A stretch of DNA of 52,043 nt from Bifidobacterium breve (GTDB taxonomy: Bacteria > Actinomycetota > Actinomycetes > S36-B12): positions 1 through 52,043 of the forward strand of contig CAMAVT010000002.1 in NCBI GenBank assembly GCA_945861775.1. The letters run 5' to 3'. Position numbers and translations under genes: made by a program. The notes beneath the pieces were generated by a model. It had not been told where the DNA came from. It saw nothing but the letters and a program-made list of their open reading frames with translations, and did not search any database. Below are positions 1 to 7,277 of the stretch, piece after piece; within the stretch, counting starts at the first letter, position 1; each line of letters begins with the position of its first letter.

Positions 1-886
1 CTGCGGCACTTGCCCAACGCAGTGCTTCGTTCAATGGCTGGCCTTCATTGAGCGCAACGGCAAGTCCGCCACAAAATGCATCACCTGCCGCAACAGAGTC
101 AACGGGAACAATCCGGAATGCGGCGGCCTGGCCAGATGCCGTAGCCGTGGACCACACGGCACCTTTTTCGCCGCGCGTGATTACGACAGTGCCAACACCC
201 AAATTCACAATTGATGATGCCAATTCGACAAAATCCAACATGGAATTAAATGAGTTGCCTTCTAATTCGACAAGTTCCTTCGCTTCGTGCTCATTAGGAA
301 TCAAGTAATCAACTAGGGGAAACAGTGATGCAGGGAAATTACGAATTGGGGCGGGATTCAGAATTGTTATGGCGCCTAGTTCTTTAGCAACATTCAGAGC
401 CCTGTGGGTTGCGGCGACAGGTACTTCACCTTGGGTGAGCACGAGACCGATTTGTTGGTGGCTGGCGATCTCGCGCAGTGAAGATTCCACTATTTCTTCC
501 GAGAGCATGCTGTTTGCGCCAGAGACCACGATGATCTTGTTTTCACCGGACGTAGCCACTTCAATCAGAGCAATTCCTGTGCTGGACTCTGAAATTTTGC
601 CGACATGGGAAGTGATGGCTTCAGTGGCGAGAGTGGCGAGGAGTGCGTCCCCGAAGGAGTCGTTCCCGACCGCGCCAATCATCGCGACATTGGCGCCCAA
701 TCGTGATGACGCGACGGCTTGGTTGAGACCTTTGCCACCGGGGAACTGCTCGAATGTTTCTCCCAAAACAGTCTCACCAGTTTGTGGAAAGGCGCCAAGT
801 GTGACAACAAAGTCTGTGTTCAGGCTTCCCACGACAACGATCACTTTTTTACCGGGCCGCGATTCATTGTTTAGGGGTTCATTCAC
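1..886 (-). CDS. rbsK: Ribokinase (PfkB family), C-terminus runs off the window start
   Basis: Minus-strand translation from GTG at 886 gives VNEPLNNESRPGKKVIVVVGSLNTDFVV...FPGGKGLNQAVA...IPNEHEA...DSVAAGDAFCGGLA, which are typical ribokinase motifs. It is absent from the ORF track because it is open at the window edge. An internal GTG about 40 nt downstream (KKVIVVVG) is an alternative start. Confidence 0.8.
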   Translation of the reverse strand, partial: MNEPLNNESRPGKKVIVVVGSLNTDFVVTLGAFPQTGETVLGETFEQFPGGKGLNQAVASSRLGANVAMIGAVGNDSFGDALLATLATEAITSHVGKISESSTGIALIEVATSGENKIIVVSGANSMLSEEIVESSLREIASHQQIGLVLTQGEVPVAATHRALNVAKELGAITILNPAPIRNFPASLFPLVDYLIPNEHEAKELVELEGNSFNSMLDFVELASSIVNLGVGTVVITRGEKGAVWSTATASGQAAAFRIVPVDSVAAGDAFCGGLAVALNEGQPLNEALRWASAA

Positions 887-947
887 GGCAGGATACTGTC
901 ATGGCAGGCTAGGCGGAGCGAAGGCAATACGTAGCTGGGAGAAGTAC

Positions 948-1382
948 ATGAAAATCGCAGTAGCAAGTGACCATGCGGGATTTGAGTTAAAGAGTGCTTT
1001 GAGCTCCTGGCTGCTCGAGATGGGCCATGAGGTCTACGACGCTGGGGTATTCACGCAAGAGCGCGCCGATTACCCAGAGTTTGGGGCTGAACTCGGAAGG
1101 TTGGTCGCAGCGGGCGAAGCGGAAGTAGGCGTTGCCGTGTGCGGGAGCGGTCAAGGAATCTGCATGGCCGCAAACAAGATTCATGGGGTTCGTGCGGTGG
1201 TGATTCGCACCGTCGAAGATGCGCAACTTTCACGGGCACACAATGATGCGAATGTTGCTTGTTTTGGCGGCCGCGTGAGCGATCCCACAACAGCTCAAGA
1301 AGCCTTGGCGGTCTTTCTGTCCACTACATTTGAAGGCGGTCGGCATGCAGCTCGTGTTGACCAACTCAACTCATTAATTTAG
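948..1382 (+). CDS. rpiB: Ribose-5-phosphate isomerase B
   Basis: MKIAVASDHAGFELK...VAVCGSGQGICMAANK...RAHNDANV matches the RpiB/LacAB family. It is in frame with track ORF 369-1382, whose N-terminal part is antisense to rbsK and spurious. Confidence 0.9.
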   Translation: MKIAVASDHAGFELKSALSSWLLEMGHEVYDAGVFTQERADYPEFGAELGRLVAAGEAEVGVAVCGSGQGICMAANKIHGVRAVVIRTVEDAQLSRAHNDANVACFGGRVSDPTTAQEALAVFLSTTFEGGRHAARVDQLNSLI

Positions 1383-1453
1383 TGGAACCGATTCTTCCAT
1401 TAAATCGTCTAACACATACCTGGCTAATACGGCCAACGACTTAGGAGAAATAC

Positions 1454-1840
1454 ATGAAAACCATGAATAAGTTCGCTGCAATTGGTGCCATTGGCATCCT
1501 TGGTGTGACAGTTCTTGCCGGTTGTTCAAGCAGCGAGGAAACCGCAACCGATACCGCGACTGCTTCAGAGTCAACCCAGATGCTTCCACCCGTGATTATT
1601 ACCGTTGATCAGATGGATGCGGCTGCAGTTGTTGGCGACATGATCGACATCGTGGTTGACGATCCAGTAAACACGGTCATTGCGGTCGACAATGCCGATG
1701 TCCTCGAAATCACTCAAGGCTCCGACGACGGCAGCGCAATATTTAATCCAGGTGCAAAGGCACTTGCTGCAGGAACTGCAACAATCACGGTAACGAATCC
1801 TGACGGTTCAACCCGTAACATCGTGGTTGTCGTTTCCTAA
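1454..1840 (+). CDS. Secreted lipoprotein, possibly with an Ig-like (Big_2-type) domain
   Basis: Signal peptide with lipobox LAGC|SSS. An AGGAG Shine-Dalgarno lies 6 nt upstream. The C-terminal ATITVTNPDGS motif resembles bacterial Ig-like domains. Confidence 0.6.
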   Translation: MKTMNKFAAIGAIGILGVTVLAGCSSSEETATDTATASESTQMLPPVIITVDQMDAAAVVGDMIDIVVDDPVNTVIAVDNADVLEITQGSDDGSAIFNPGAKALAAGTATITVTNPDGSTRNIVVVVS

Positions 1841-1860
1841 AGATAAAGACTAAGTACCAT

Positions 1861-2739
1861 TTGCCGGTGTCCCCTCACATAGCCCTCGCGACCTGCGAGG
1901 AACTGCCTGATCTTGATCCTGATGACCAACCTTTGGTTGAGCTCTTTCACAAGATAGGTATTGAGGCGACACCGGCTATTTGGTCTGATCCAACAATTCA
2001 TTGGGCTGGCTTTGATCACATCATTGTTCGAAACACGTGGGACTACACGAATCGGCTTGACGAGTTCCTCACTTGGGTAAAGACCTACCAATCTCGCATC
2101 CAGAATTCATATGAAATTATTTTATGGAATTCCAACAAGACTTATCTCAAAGATTTGGCCGTTGCTGGATTCCCAATAGTTGAGACGCAATTCGTCACCG
2201 ACCCCCACAGTGATTGGGAGCCACCACTCCTCGGAGATTTCGTGGTGAAACCGACCGTCTCCGCTGGCAGCCAGGACACCATGCGGATGAGAACCAGCGA
2301 TCCTGATTGCACAAGCAGGGCGAACGAATTAATTGAGCGAATTATTTCTCAAGGGAAAACCGCTATGGTGCAGCCATACATGATGGCCGTTGACGAAATC
2401 GGCGAAACGGCACAACTTTTCATTGGTGGCGAATACTCGCACGCAATCCGCAAGGGCCCGTTACTTGTACCCAATGTCGAGGGGGAGAAAGAACATGGGC
2501 TATTTCTCAAAGAAGACATTTCACCCCGTGAGCCAAAGCCGGAACAGCGAGAATTGGCTACGGCGGTAATGGGTTACGTCTCACAACGATTTGGGGTGCC
2601 TTTATACGCTCGAGTTGACCTGCTCGAAGACTCGGAGGGCAAACCGGTCATTCTGGAACTCGAACTCGTGGAACCATCGATGTTCTTTGCCACCGCTCCT
2701 GAATCAGCAGCCCGGCTTGTTCATCAGTTTCAGCAGTAA
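1861..2739 (+). CDS. ATP-grasp domain protein (RimK/DcsG-like), substrate unknown
   Basis: IALATCEELPDLDPDD...VVKPTVSAGS...YARVDLL...PVILELELVEPS is the usual pattern of small actinobacterial ATP-grasp ligases. The start may be TTG 1861 or GTG 1867. Confidence 0.65.
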   Translation: MPVSPHIALATCEELPDLDPDDQPLVELFHKIGIEATPAIWSDPTIHWAGFDHIIVRNTWDYTNRLDEFLTWVKTYQSRIQNSYEIILWNSNKTYLKDLAVAGFPIVETQFVTDPHSDWEPPLLGDFVVKPTVSAGSQDTMRMRTSDPDCTSRANELIERIISQGKTAMVQPYMMAVDEIGETAQLFIGGEYSHAIRKGPLLVPNVEGEKEHGLFLKEDISPREPKPEQRELATAVMGYVSQRFGVPLYARVDLLEDSEGKPVILELELVEPSMFFATAPESAARLVHQFQQ

Positions 2740-2857
2740 GTTCACATCCGGATTGGAACCTACGGATCAATCCTTGATCATTCATAAGCCATTCCTGATC
2801 GCCATCGGGACCAGATTCATTCACGTGTGAGCAGCCAATAGGATTCATTGGTACGTT

Positions 2858-2894
2858 GGGGTTGCGGGACTGGTCTGAAATTCAATTTCCCTCA
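2858..2894. repeat. Repeat A, copy 1 (GGGGTTGCGGGACTGGTCTGAAATTCAATTTCCCTCA), left boundary of the precursor-array segment
   Basis: About 33/38 ungapped identity to 5361-5397, in the same orientation. Confidence 0.7.
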
Positions 2895-3127
2895 CAAAAA
2901 TGACCCACGTTGAGTGCTTCCGGAACGCCAAAACTCTTTTTTGGAACGCGCCACGAGGAAAACCGGGTTTTCTAGAGCAAAACAATGACTCAGCCTCAAC
3001 TTCACAGGTCGGGTGCTTGTCGACCACTGACGCTGCGAACGACTAACTGAGTGATCAGCAGATTGCTTCCCCCAATCGCTGCATGCGTTATATCGTTTGG
3101 CTAAGTACTTAGCGATGCGGAGGAATT

Positions 3128-3394
3128 ATGGATGCTCAGGGTTTTTTAGCAGCACTCACCCCAGCGGTGACGGATGCGGATGCGCGGGAACGTTTTCTTG
3201 CTGACCCCAAAGCAGTATTAGCGGCTGCTGGGTTGGACCTACCGGAGTCGTTCAAGGTGACTGCACGGGAAGGTGATGCAGCCGAAATCACCATCACTCT
3301 GCCGGCCCTACTCGACCCGGATACTGACCTCAGCGAGGAACAGCTCGCAGCGGTAGGCGGGGGTTCGGAACGATGGATTGGGGGTGGCACGTGA
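3128..3394 (+). CDS. NHLP-like leader peptide precursor 1, predicted core SERWIGGGT
   Basis: MDAQGFLAALTPAVTDADARERFLADPKAVLAAAGLDLPESFKVTAREGDAAEITITLPALLDPDTDLSEEQLAAVGGG|SERWIGGGT. GGAGGA lies 6 nt upstream of the ATG. Confidence 0.8.
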   Translation: MDAQGFLAALTPAVTDADARERFLADPKAVLAAAGLDLPESFKVTAREGDAAEITITLPALLDPDTDLSEEQLAAVGGGSERWIGGGT

Positions 3395-3556
3395 ATCTGT
3401 ATGGGTAGAGGGTAAGTAAATGGGCGTGGTTGACTAACCCGCCCGTCTTGGTGTGGAGTGTGGGCGGGGATGTTCGCTGAGTGATACGCAGATTGCTTTC
3501 CCCAAGTGGTTAATGCGGACTATCGTTCCGGTAACTACTTAACATGTGGAGGATGT

Positions 3557-3826
3557 ATGGATGCTCAAAGTTTTTTAGCGGCTCTTACCCCGGCGGTGAC
3601 TGATGCGGATGCGCGGGAACGTTTCCTTGCCGACCCGAAAGCAGTACTAGCAGCCGCGGGTTTGGATTTACCGGAGTGGTTCACGGTGACTGCACGTGAA
3701 GGTGATGTAGCCGAAATCACCATCACCGTGCCGGCCCTACTTGACCTTGAAGCTGACCTCAGCGAGGAACAGCTGGCGGGGGTTTTTGGTGGATGCTGTG
3801 ATTGCGACGCCTGGGGGGGTAGGTAG
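3557..3826 (+). CDS. NHLP-like leader peptide precursor 2, predicted core CCDCDAWGGR
   Basis: Same leader, ending ...LSEEQLAGVFGG|CCDCDAWGGR. The start is set at the conserved ATG, because the track's GTG 3506 extension is not conserved as coding in the other units. Confidence 0.8.
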   Translation: MDAQSFLAALTPAVTDADARERFLADPKAVLAAAGLDLPEWFTVTAREGDVAEITITVPALLDLEADLSEEQLAGVFGGCCDCDAWGGR

Positions 3827-3995
3827 AGGGTTATGTGTAGGTAGTAGGTGAGTGGGCGTGGTTGGCTAACCCACCCGTCTTGGTGTGGAGTGTGAGCGCG
3901 TGCAGGCGGGCGTTCACTAAGTGATCGGCAGATTCCTTCCCCCATTGGTTAATGCGTTGTATCGTTCCGGTAACTACTTATCATGCGGAGGAATT

Positions 3996-4259
3996 ATGGA
4001 TGCTCAAGGTTTTTTAGCAGCTCTTACCCCGGCGGTGACTGATGCGGATGCGCGGGAGCGTTTCCTTGCTGACCCGAAAGCGGTGCTGGCAGTTGCGGGG
4101 CTGGATCTACCGGAGTGGTTCACGGTGACTGCACGTGAAGGTGATGCGGCTGAACTGATCATCACCGTGCCCCACCTAGGCCTCCCGGATGCTGACCTCA
4201 GCGAGGAACAACTCGCAGCGGTGGCTGGGGGGGTCGTGGATCAAGGTTCTGCTTTTTAA
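3996..4259 (+). CDS. NHLP-like leader peptide precursor 3, predicted core VVDQGSAF
   Basis: Same leader, ending ...LSEEQLAAVAGG|VVDQGSAF. Conserved ATG with GGAGGA upstream. Confidence 0.8.
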   Translation: MDAQGFLAALTPAVTDADARERFLADPKAVLAVAGLDLPEWFTVTAREGDAAELIITVPHLGLPDADLSEEQLAAVAGGVVDQGSAF

Positions 4260-4418
4260 AATAGTAGGTGAGTGGGCGTGGTTGGCTAACCCACGCGTCT
4301 TGGTGGTGGGGGGTGAGCGCGGGTCGGCGGGCGTTCACGGAGTGATAGGAAGATTGCCTCCCCCCATTGGTTAATGCGTTGTATCGTTTCGGTAACTACT
4401 TAATGTTGTGGAGGATGC

Positions 4419-4685
4419 ATGGATGCTCAAGGTTTTTTAGCAGCGCTCACCCCAGCGGTGACTGATGCGGATGCGCGTGAACGTTTCCTTGCTGACCCCA
4501 AAGCAGTACTGGCAGCTGCGGGGCTGGACCTACCGGAGTCCTTCAGGGTAAGTGCACGTGAAGGTGATGCAGCCGAAATCACCATTACTCTGCCGGCCCT
4601 ACTCGACCCTGATGCTGACCTCAGCGACGAACAACTAGCCGCTGTCACGGGAGGGGTTGGGCCCGAAGACGTTAATGCAACTTAG
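4419..4685 (+). CDS. NHLP-like leader peptide precursor 4, predicted core VGPEDVNAT
   Basis: Same leader, ending ...LSDEQLAAVTGG|VGPEDVNAT. Confidence 0.8.
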   Translation: MDAQGFLAALTPAVTDADARERFLADPKAVLAAAGLDLPESFRVSAREGDAAEITITLPALLDPDADLSDEQLAAVTGGVGPEDVNAT

Positions 4686-4835
4686 GTGGTAGGTGAGTGG
4701 GCGTGGTTGGCTAACCCGCCCGCCTTGGTGGTGTGTGGTGTGGACGGGGATGTGCACTGAGTGATATGAAGATTGCTTTCCCCATTGTTTGTCGCGGTGT
4801 ATCGTTCCGGTAACTACTTATCATGCGGAGGAATT

Positions 4836-5102
4836 ATGGATGCTCAAAGTTTTTTAGGAGCTCTTGCCCCAGCGGTGACGGATGCGGATGCGCGTGAACG
4901 TTTTCTTGCTGACCCGAAAGCGGTGCTGGCAGCTGCGGGTCTGGATTTACCGGAGTCGTTCAAGGTCAGTGCACGTGAAGGTGATGCGGCTGAACTCACC
5001 ACTACGCTGCCGGCCCTACTTGACCCTGAAGCCGACATCAGCGAGGAACAACTAGCCGCTGTCACGGGAGGGATGGCTCCAAAAGACCTTATTGCCGGGT
5101 AG
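4836..5102 (+). CDS. NHLP-like leader peptide precursor 5, predicted core MAPKDLIAG
   Basis: Same leader, ending ...ISEEQLAAVTGG|MAPKDLIAG. Confidence 0.8.
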   Translation: MDAQSFLGALAPAVTDADARERFLADPKAVLAAAGLDLPESFKVSAREGDAAELTTTLPALLDPEADISEEQLAAVTGGMAPKDLIAG

Positions 5103-5262
5103 GTGGCAGGTGAGTGGGCGTGGTTGGCTGGCCCACCCGCCTTATAAAGCGGCTCACACCTTCACTTCACTCAACACCTTCTCTCGCGTAAGCGTGCCTC
5201 GATTCACCGATATATTGGTGGTTCTACCTTTTGTAAGTGAAATCTCGACTTAATGGCCTCGA

Positions 5263-5367
5263 GACAGGCCCCTTTGCAGTCAGCACTTCTCACAGATAAC
5301 CTTGCCCCGGCGATTGGTTCAATTTCAGACCGAATTTCGGTCCAAATACCCACCAGTCCCGGGGTCG
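5263..5367. repeat. Repeat B, copy 1: a duplicate of the tRNA-Lys upstream leader plus its first 6 nt, with no tRNA attached
   Basis: 105 nt align without gaps to 8067-8171. The 3' 78 nt (5290-5367 against 8094-8171) differ at one position. Confidence 0.85.
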
Positions 5368-5397
5368 TGGGACTGGTCTGAAATTCATTTCCCCTCA
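5361..5397. repeat. Repeat A, copy 2 (GGGGTCGTGGGACTGGTCTGAAATTCATTTCCCCTCA)
   Basis: Direct repeat of 2858-2894. Its first 7 nt (GGGGTCG) overlap the end of repeat B, and the same heptamer spans the 5' boundary of tRNA-Lys. Confidence 0.7.
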
Positions 5398-5507
5398 TTA
5401 AATAGGTTAGTGAACCGACCGCTAGGAACGTGAAGGCCCTTATCCGCGAGCGTCTATCCCTGGGTTTGAGAACGCAGGACCGGTGATACAAGCAGCGGAA
5501 TCAGGAT

Positions 5508-6428
5508 TCAATCAGTTAGGTCCGCAAGAACGTCATTCCACAGGGGCTTGGCTTCTTCCCGAAAGTAGCCCATGTGACCCAGTGATGACACCCCAAGAGC
5601 GCTGGGACGAAGATCGCGAGTGGTGACCTTCGCATTGACGTAGAAGGACATGAATGCATCCCGGGATCCGGGAGGGATCCAACGGTCATCAGTTGAGTTG
5701 ATTGCCACGATGGGAACATCAACCCTTTCGAACAGGGCAATCATTTCAGAACTTATGTCAGGATCCTCGAAGAAGTGGTGTGGGTATCGGCACCAACGCT
5801 TCCACTGTTGGTACACGTCAAGTGGAAGGTCTTCGCCGAGACCTAGACGGCTCCACGCGAGATAACCTGCGCTGCGCGTGATCACGGGTCCGGCGAGGTC
5901 CCAGAGAAGGCGGACTCGTAACCGTTCTAGTCGAGGCATGTACCCGCTCCATCCGGTACCTGTGCCAAAGGCATGCATGGACTGCAGACGCGAAGGGTCA
6001 GGTAGCAGCCCGAGCGCCTGACCACCGAATGAGTGGGCCACGAGATGGGTGCTCAGGTGATCATCGGCGGTGTCTTCGACGATGGCAGCGAGGTCTAGAC
6101 GACCCCAGTCCCGGTAATCCATGCGGAACCCGCGAAGTGTGGCAGGCGCGGAATCCCCGATACCTCGGTAGTCAAACGTGACAACGTCGAACCCAGCATT
6201 GGCTGCATGGGTGGCGAATCGTCGGTAGAACCCCTGCGGAACACCGGTGGCGCCCGCCATCACAATGCGTGCGCGTGGGTCAGGTGCCGAATAGCGGCGA
6301 ACAGCGAGCCGGTAGCCGTCGGCTGCAGTTACCTGATATGTCATTGGTTCAACGTCAGGGGTATGTCCGCCGGCACGGTTCGTGCTCACGCTGGCCACTG
6401 GATCGCGCAAGGCCCAAGCGCCGGCCAC
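5508..6428 (-). CDS. Alpha/beta-fold hydrolase
   Basis: Nucleophile elbow VAHSFGGQA, length typical of alpha/beta hydrolases, GC-rich. An alternative start at 6344 (MTYQVTA) is possible. Confidence 0.7.
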   Translation of the reverse strand: MAGAWALRDPVASVSTNRAGGHTPDVEPMTYQVTAADGYRLAVRRYSAPDPRARIVMAGATGVPQGFYRRFATHAANAGFDVVTFDYRGIGDSAPATLRGFRMDYRDWGRLDLAAIVEDTADDHLSTHLVAHSFGGQALGLLPDPSRLQSMHAFGTGTGWSGYMPRLERLRVRLLWDLAGPVITRSAGYLAWSRLGLGEDLPLDVYQQWKRWCRYPHHFFEDPDISSEMIALFERVDVPIVAINSTDDRWIPPGSRDAFMSFYVNAKVTTRDLRPSALGVSSLGHMGYFREEAKPLWNDVLADLTD

Positions 6429-6516
6429 TCGTATAACGAGCAGGGCAGCTCGAGGGTATGGATTGGGATTACAAGCACGGCAACTCCTTGCGCTGTTAAA
6501 CGAACAACAAATAAAC

Positions 6517-6559
6517 TATGATAAGCGTCATATTTGTACACTATGCACATTGTCATAGT
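6517..6559. promoter_or_regulatory. Two short palindromes in the divergent hydrolase/TetR intergenic region, candidate TetR operator
   Basis: TATGA-6 nt-TCATA (6517-6532) and ACTATG-8 nt-CATAGT (6540-6559) share the half-site CTATG/CATAG. Confidence 0.3.
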
Positions 6560-6579
6560 CAAGGGGAAGGGGCGCATAG

Positions 6580-7137
6580 GTGTCCTCGGAGTCGCGCAAC
6601 CGCATGATCGCCGCAGCAACCAGGCTCCTTGCCCGAGAGGGACTCGAGGGGACGTCTTTTTCGACCGTGCTCGCCGAGAGTGGGGCCCCGCGCGGTTCGA
6701 TCTACCATCACTTTCCCAAAGGTAAGGATCAACTCGTGCGCGAGACCGTCGAGGTCGTCGGCAGCCGCTTTGTGACCTACCTCGACAGTTTGGCGCCGTC
6801 AACACCGCTCGATGCGGTGCGTGAGGTTACCGCCGTGTGGCGAAACGTTCTTGAGACCTCGCAGGTGACGTCGGGTTGCGCTATCGCAGCAGTCGCTGTG
6901 GCAGGTGACAGAGGTCCGCGCACGGCGACGGGCGAGGTTTTCATCGTCTGGCAGGCTTCAATCTCAGCGCTGCTCCAAAGATCGGGTCTAAATAAGCCCT
7001 CCTCGGATGCGATCGCGCCAATGATGATCGCCGCGATCGAGGGAGCTCTGGTGATCTCCCGAGCGCAGGAATCCCTGATTCCGTTCGATTCCGTCGTCGC
7101 CCAACTTGAGCGACTCGTCATGATTGAGTTGCCATAG
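6580..7137 (+). CDS. TetR/AcrR family transcriptional regulator
   Basis: N-terminal helix-turn-helix NRMIAAATRLLAREGLEGTSFSTVLAESGAPRGSIYHHFP. Divergent from the hydrolase gene. Confidence 0.85.
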   Translation: MSSESRNRMIAAATRLLAREGLEGTSFSTVLAESGAPRGSIYHHFPKGKDQLVRETVEVVGSRFVTYLDSLAPSTPLDAVREVTAVWRNVLETSQVTSGCAIAAVAVAGDRGPRTATGEVFIVWQASISALLQRSGLNKPSSDAIAPMMIAAIEGALVISRAQESLIPFDSVVAQLERLVMIELP

Positions 7138-7277
7138 CGTTCAAATGCCGAGGTCTAAACACCCGCGCACCGCTCACAACTCTCTGCACCACCTGGTCAA
7201 TGAATGTGAAGAGTAGATCCATTAGATGAACCACCGAATTACCCGCGAGAAACAATGATATTTGTTATATTTTATTG

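Larger units (their letters stand above)
3046..5141 (+). repeat. Tandem array of five units of about 430 bp. Each unit has a conserved 5' region with a GGAGGA Shine-Dalgarno, a leader-peptide ORF and a conserved hairpin after the stop codon.
   Basis: ORF starts at 3128, 3557, 3996, 4419 and 4836, spaced 429, 439, 423 and 417 bp. Intergenic modules recur: ...GAGTGATnnnCAGATTGCTTCCCCC...TATCGTTCCGGTAACTACTTA...GGAGGA upstream, and GTGAGTGGGCGTGGTTGGCTAACCC after the stop. Confidence 0.9.

Noticed and set aside
369-947. The long N-terminal part of track ORF 369-1382(+), and ORF 48-308(+).
   Set aside because: Both lie antisense to the well-supported ribokinase gene. Only the 948-1382 portion (RpiB) is real.
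2900-3046. A 48-codon plus-strand ORF (MTHVECFRNAKTLFWNAPRGKPGF...) between repeat A1 and the first precursor.
   Set aside because: It has no Shine-Dalgarno and no recognisable motif. It overlaps an equally long antisense ORF (2845-3027). It cannot be separated from chance.
3506-3995. N-terminal extensions of precursors 2, 3 and 5 in the ORF track (..YRSGNYL(T/S)CGG..), which look conserved at the peptide level.
   Set aside because: The same DNA upstream of units 1 and 4 is out of frame or contains stops. The conserved ATG sits 5-7 nt after GGAGGA in all five units. The conservation is therefore 5' UTR or promoter, not coding.
3136-5065. Minus-strand ORFs of 73-126 aa that mirror each leader-peptide gene (3136-3390, 3565-3945, 4427-4648, 4844-5065).
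   Set aside because: They are antisense shadows of GC-rich coding sequence, rich in Ser, Arg and Ala. None has a Shine-Dalgarno. The substitutions between copies are synonymous in the plus-strand frame, not in these frames.
3046-5141. Could the periodic repeats be a CRISPR array or a diversity-generating retroelement target?
   Set aside because: The period of about 430 bp is far too long for CRISPR, and each repeat unit is a protein-coding gene with its own ribosome-binding site. I recognise no cas genes, reverse transcriptase or template/variable repeat pair in the window. The core differences include length changes, not adenine-specific substitutions.
5204-5491. Track ORFs 5204-5491(-) and 8080-8358(-) share the peptide PGLVGIWTEIRSEIEPIA.ARLSV, which suggests a duplicated gene.
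   Set aside because: The shared peptide is only the translation of repeat B. The 8080-8358 ORF runs antisense straight through tRNA-Lys.
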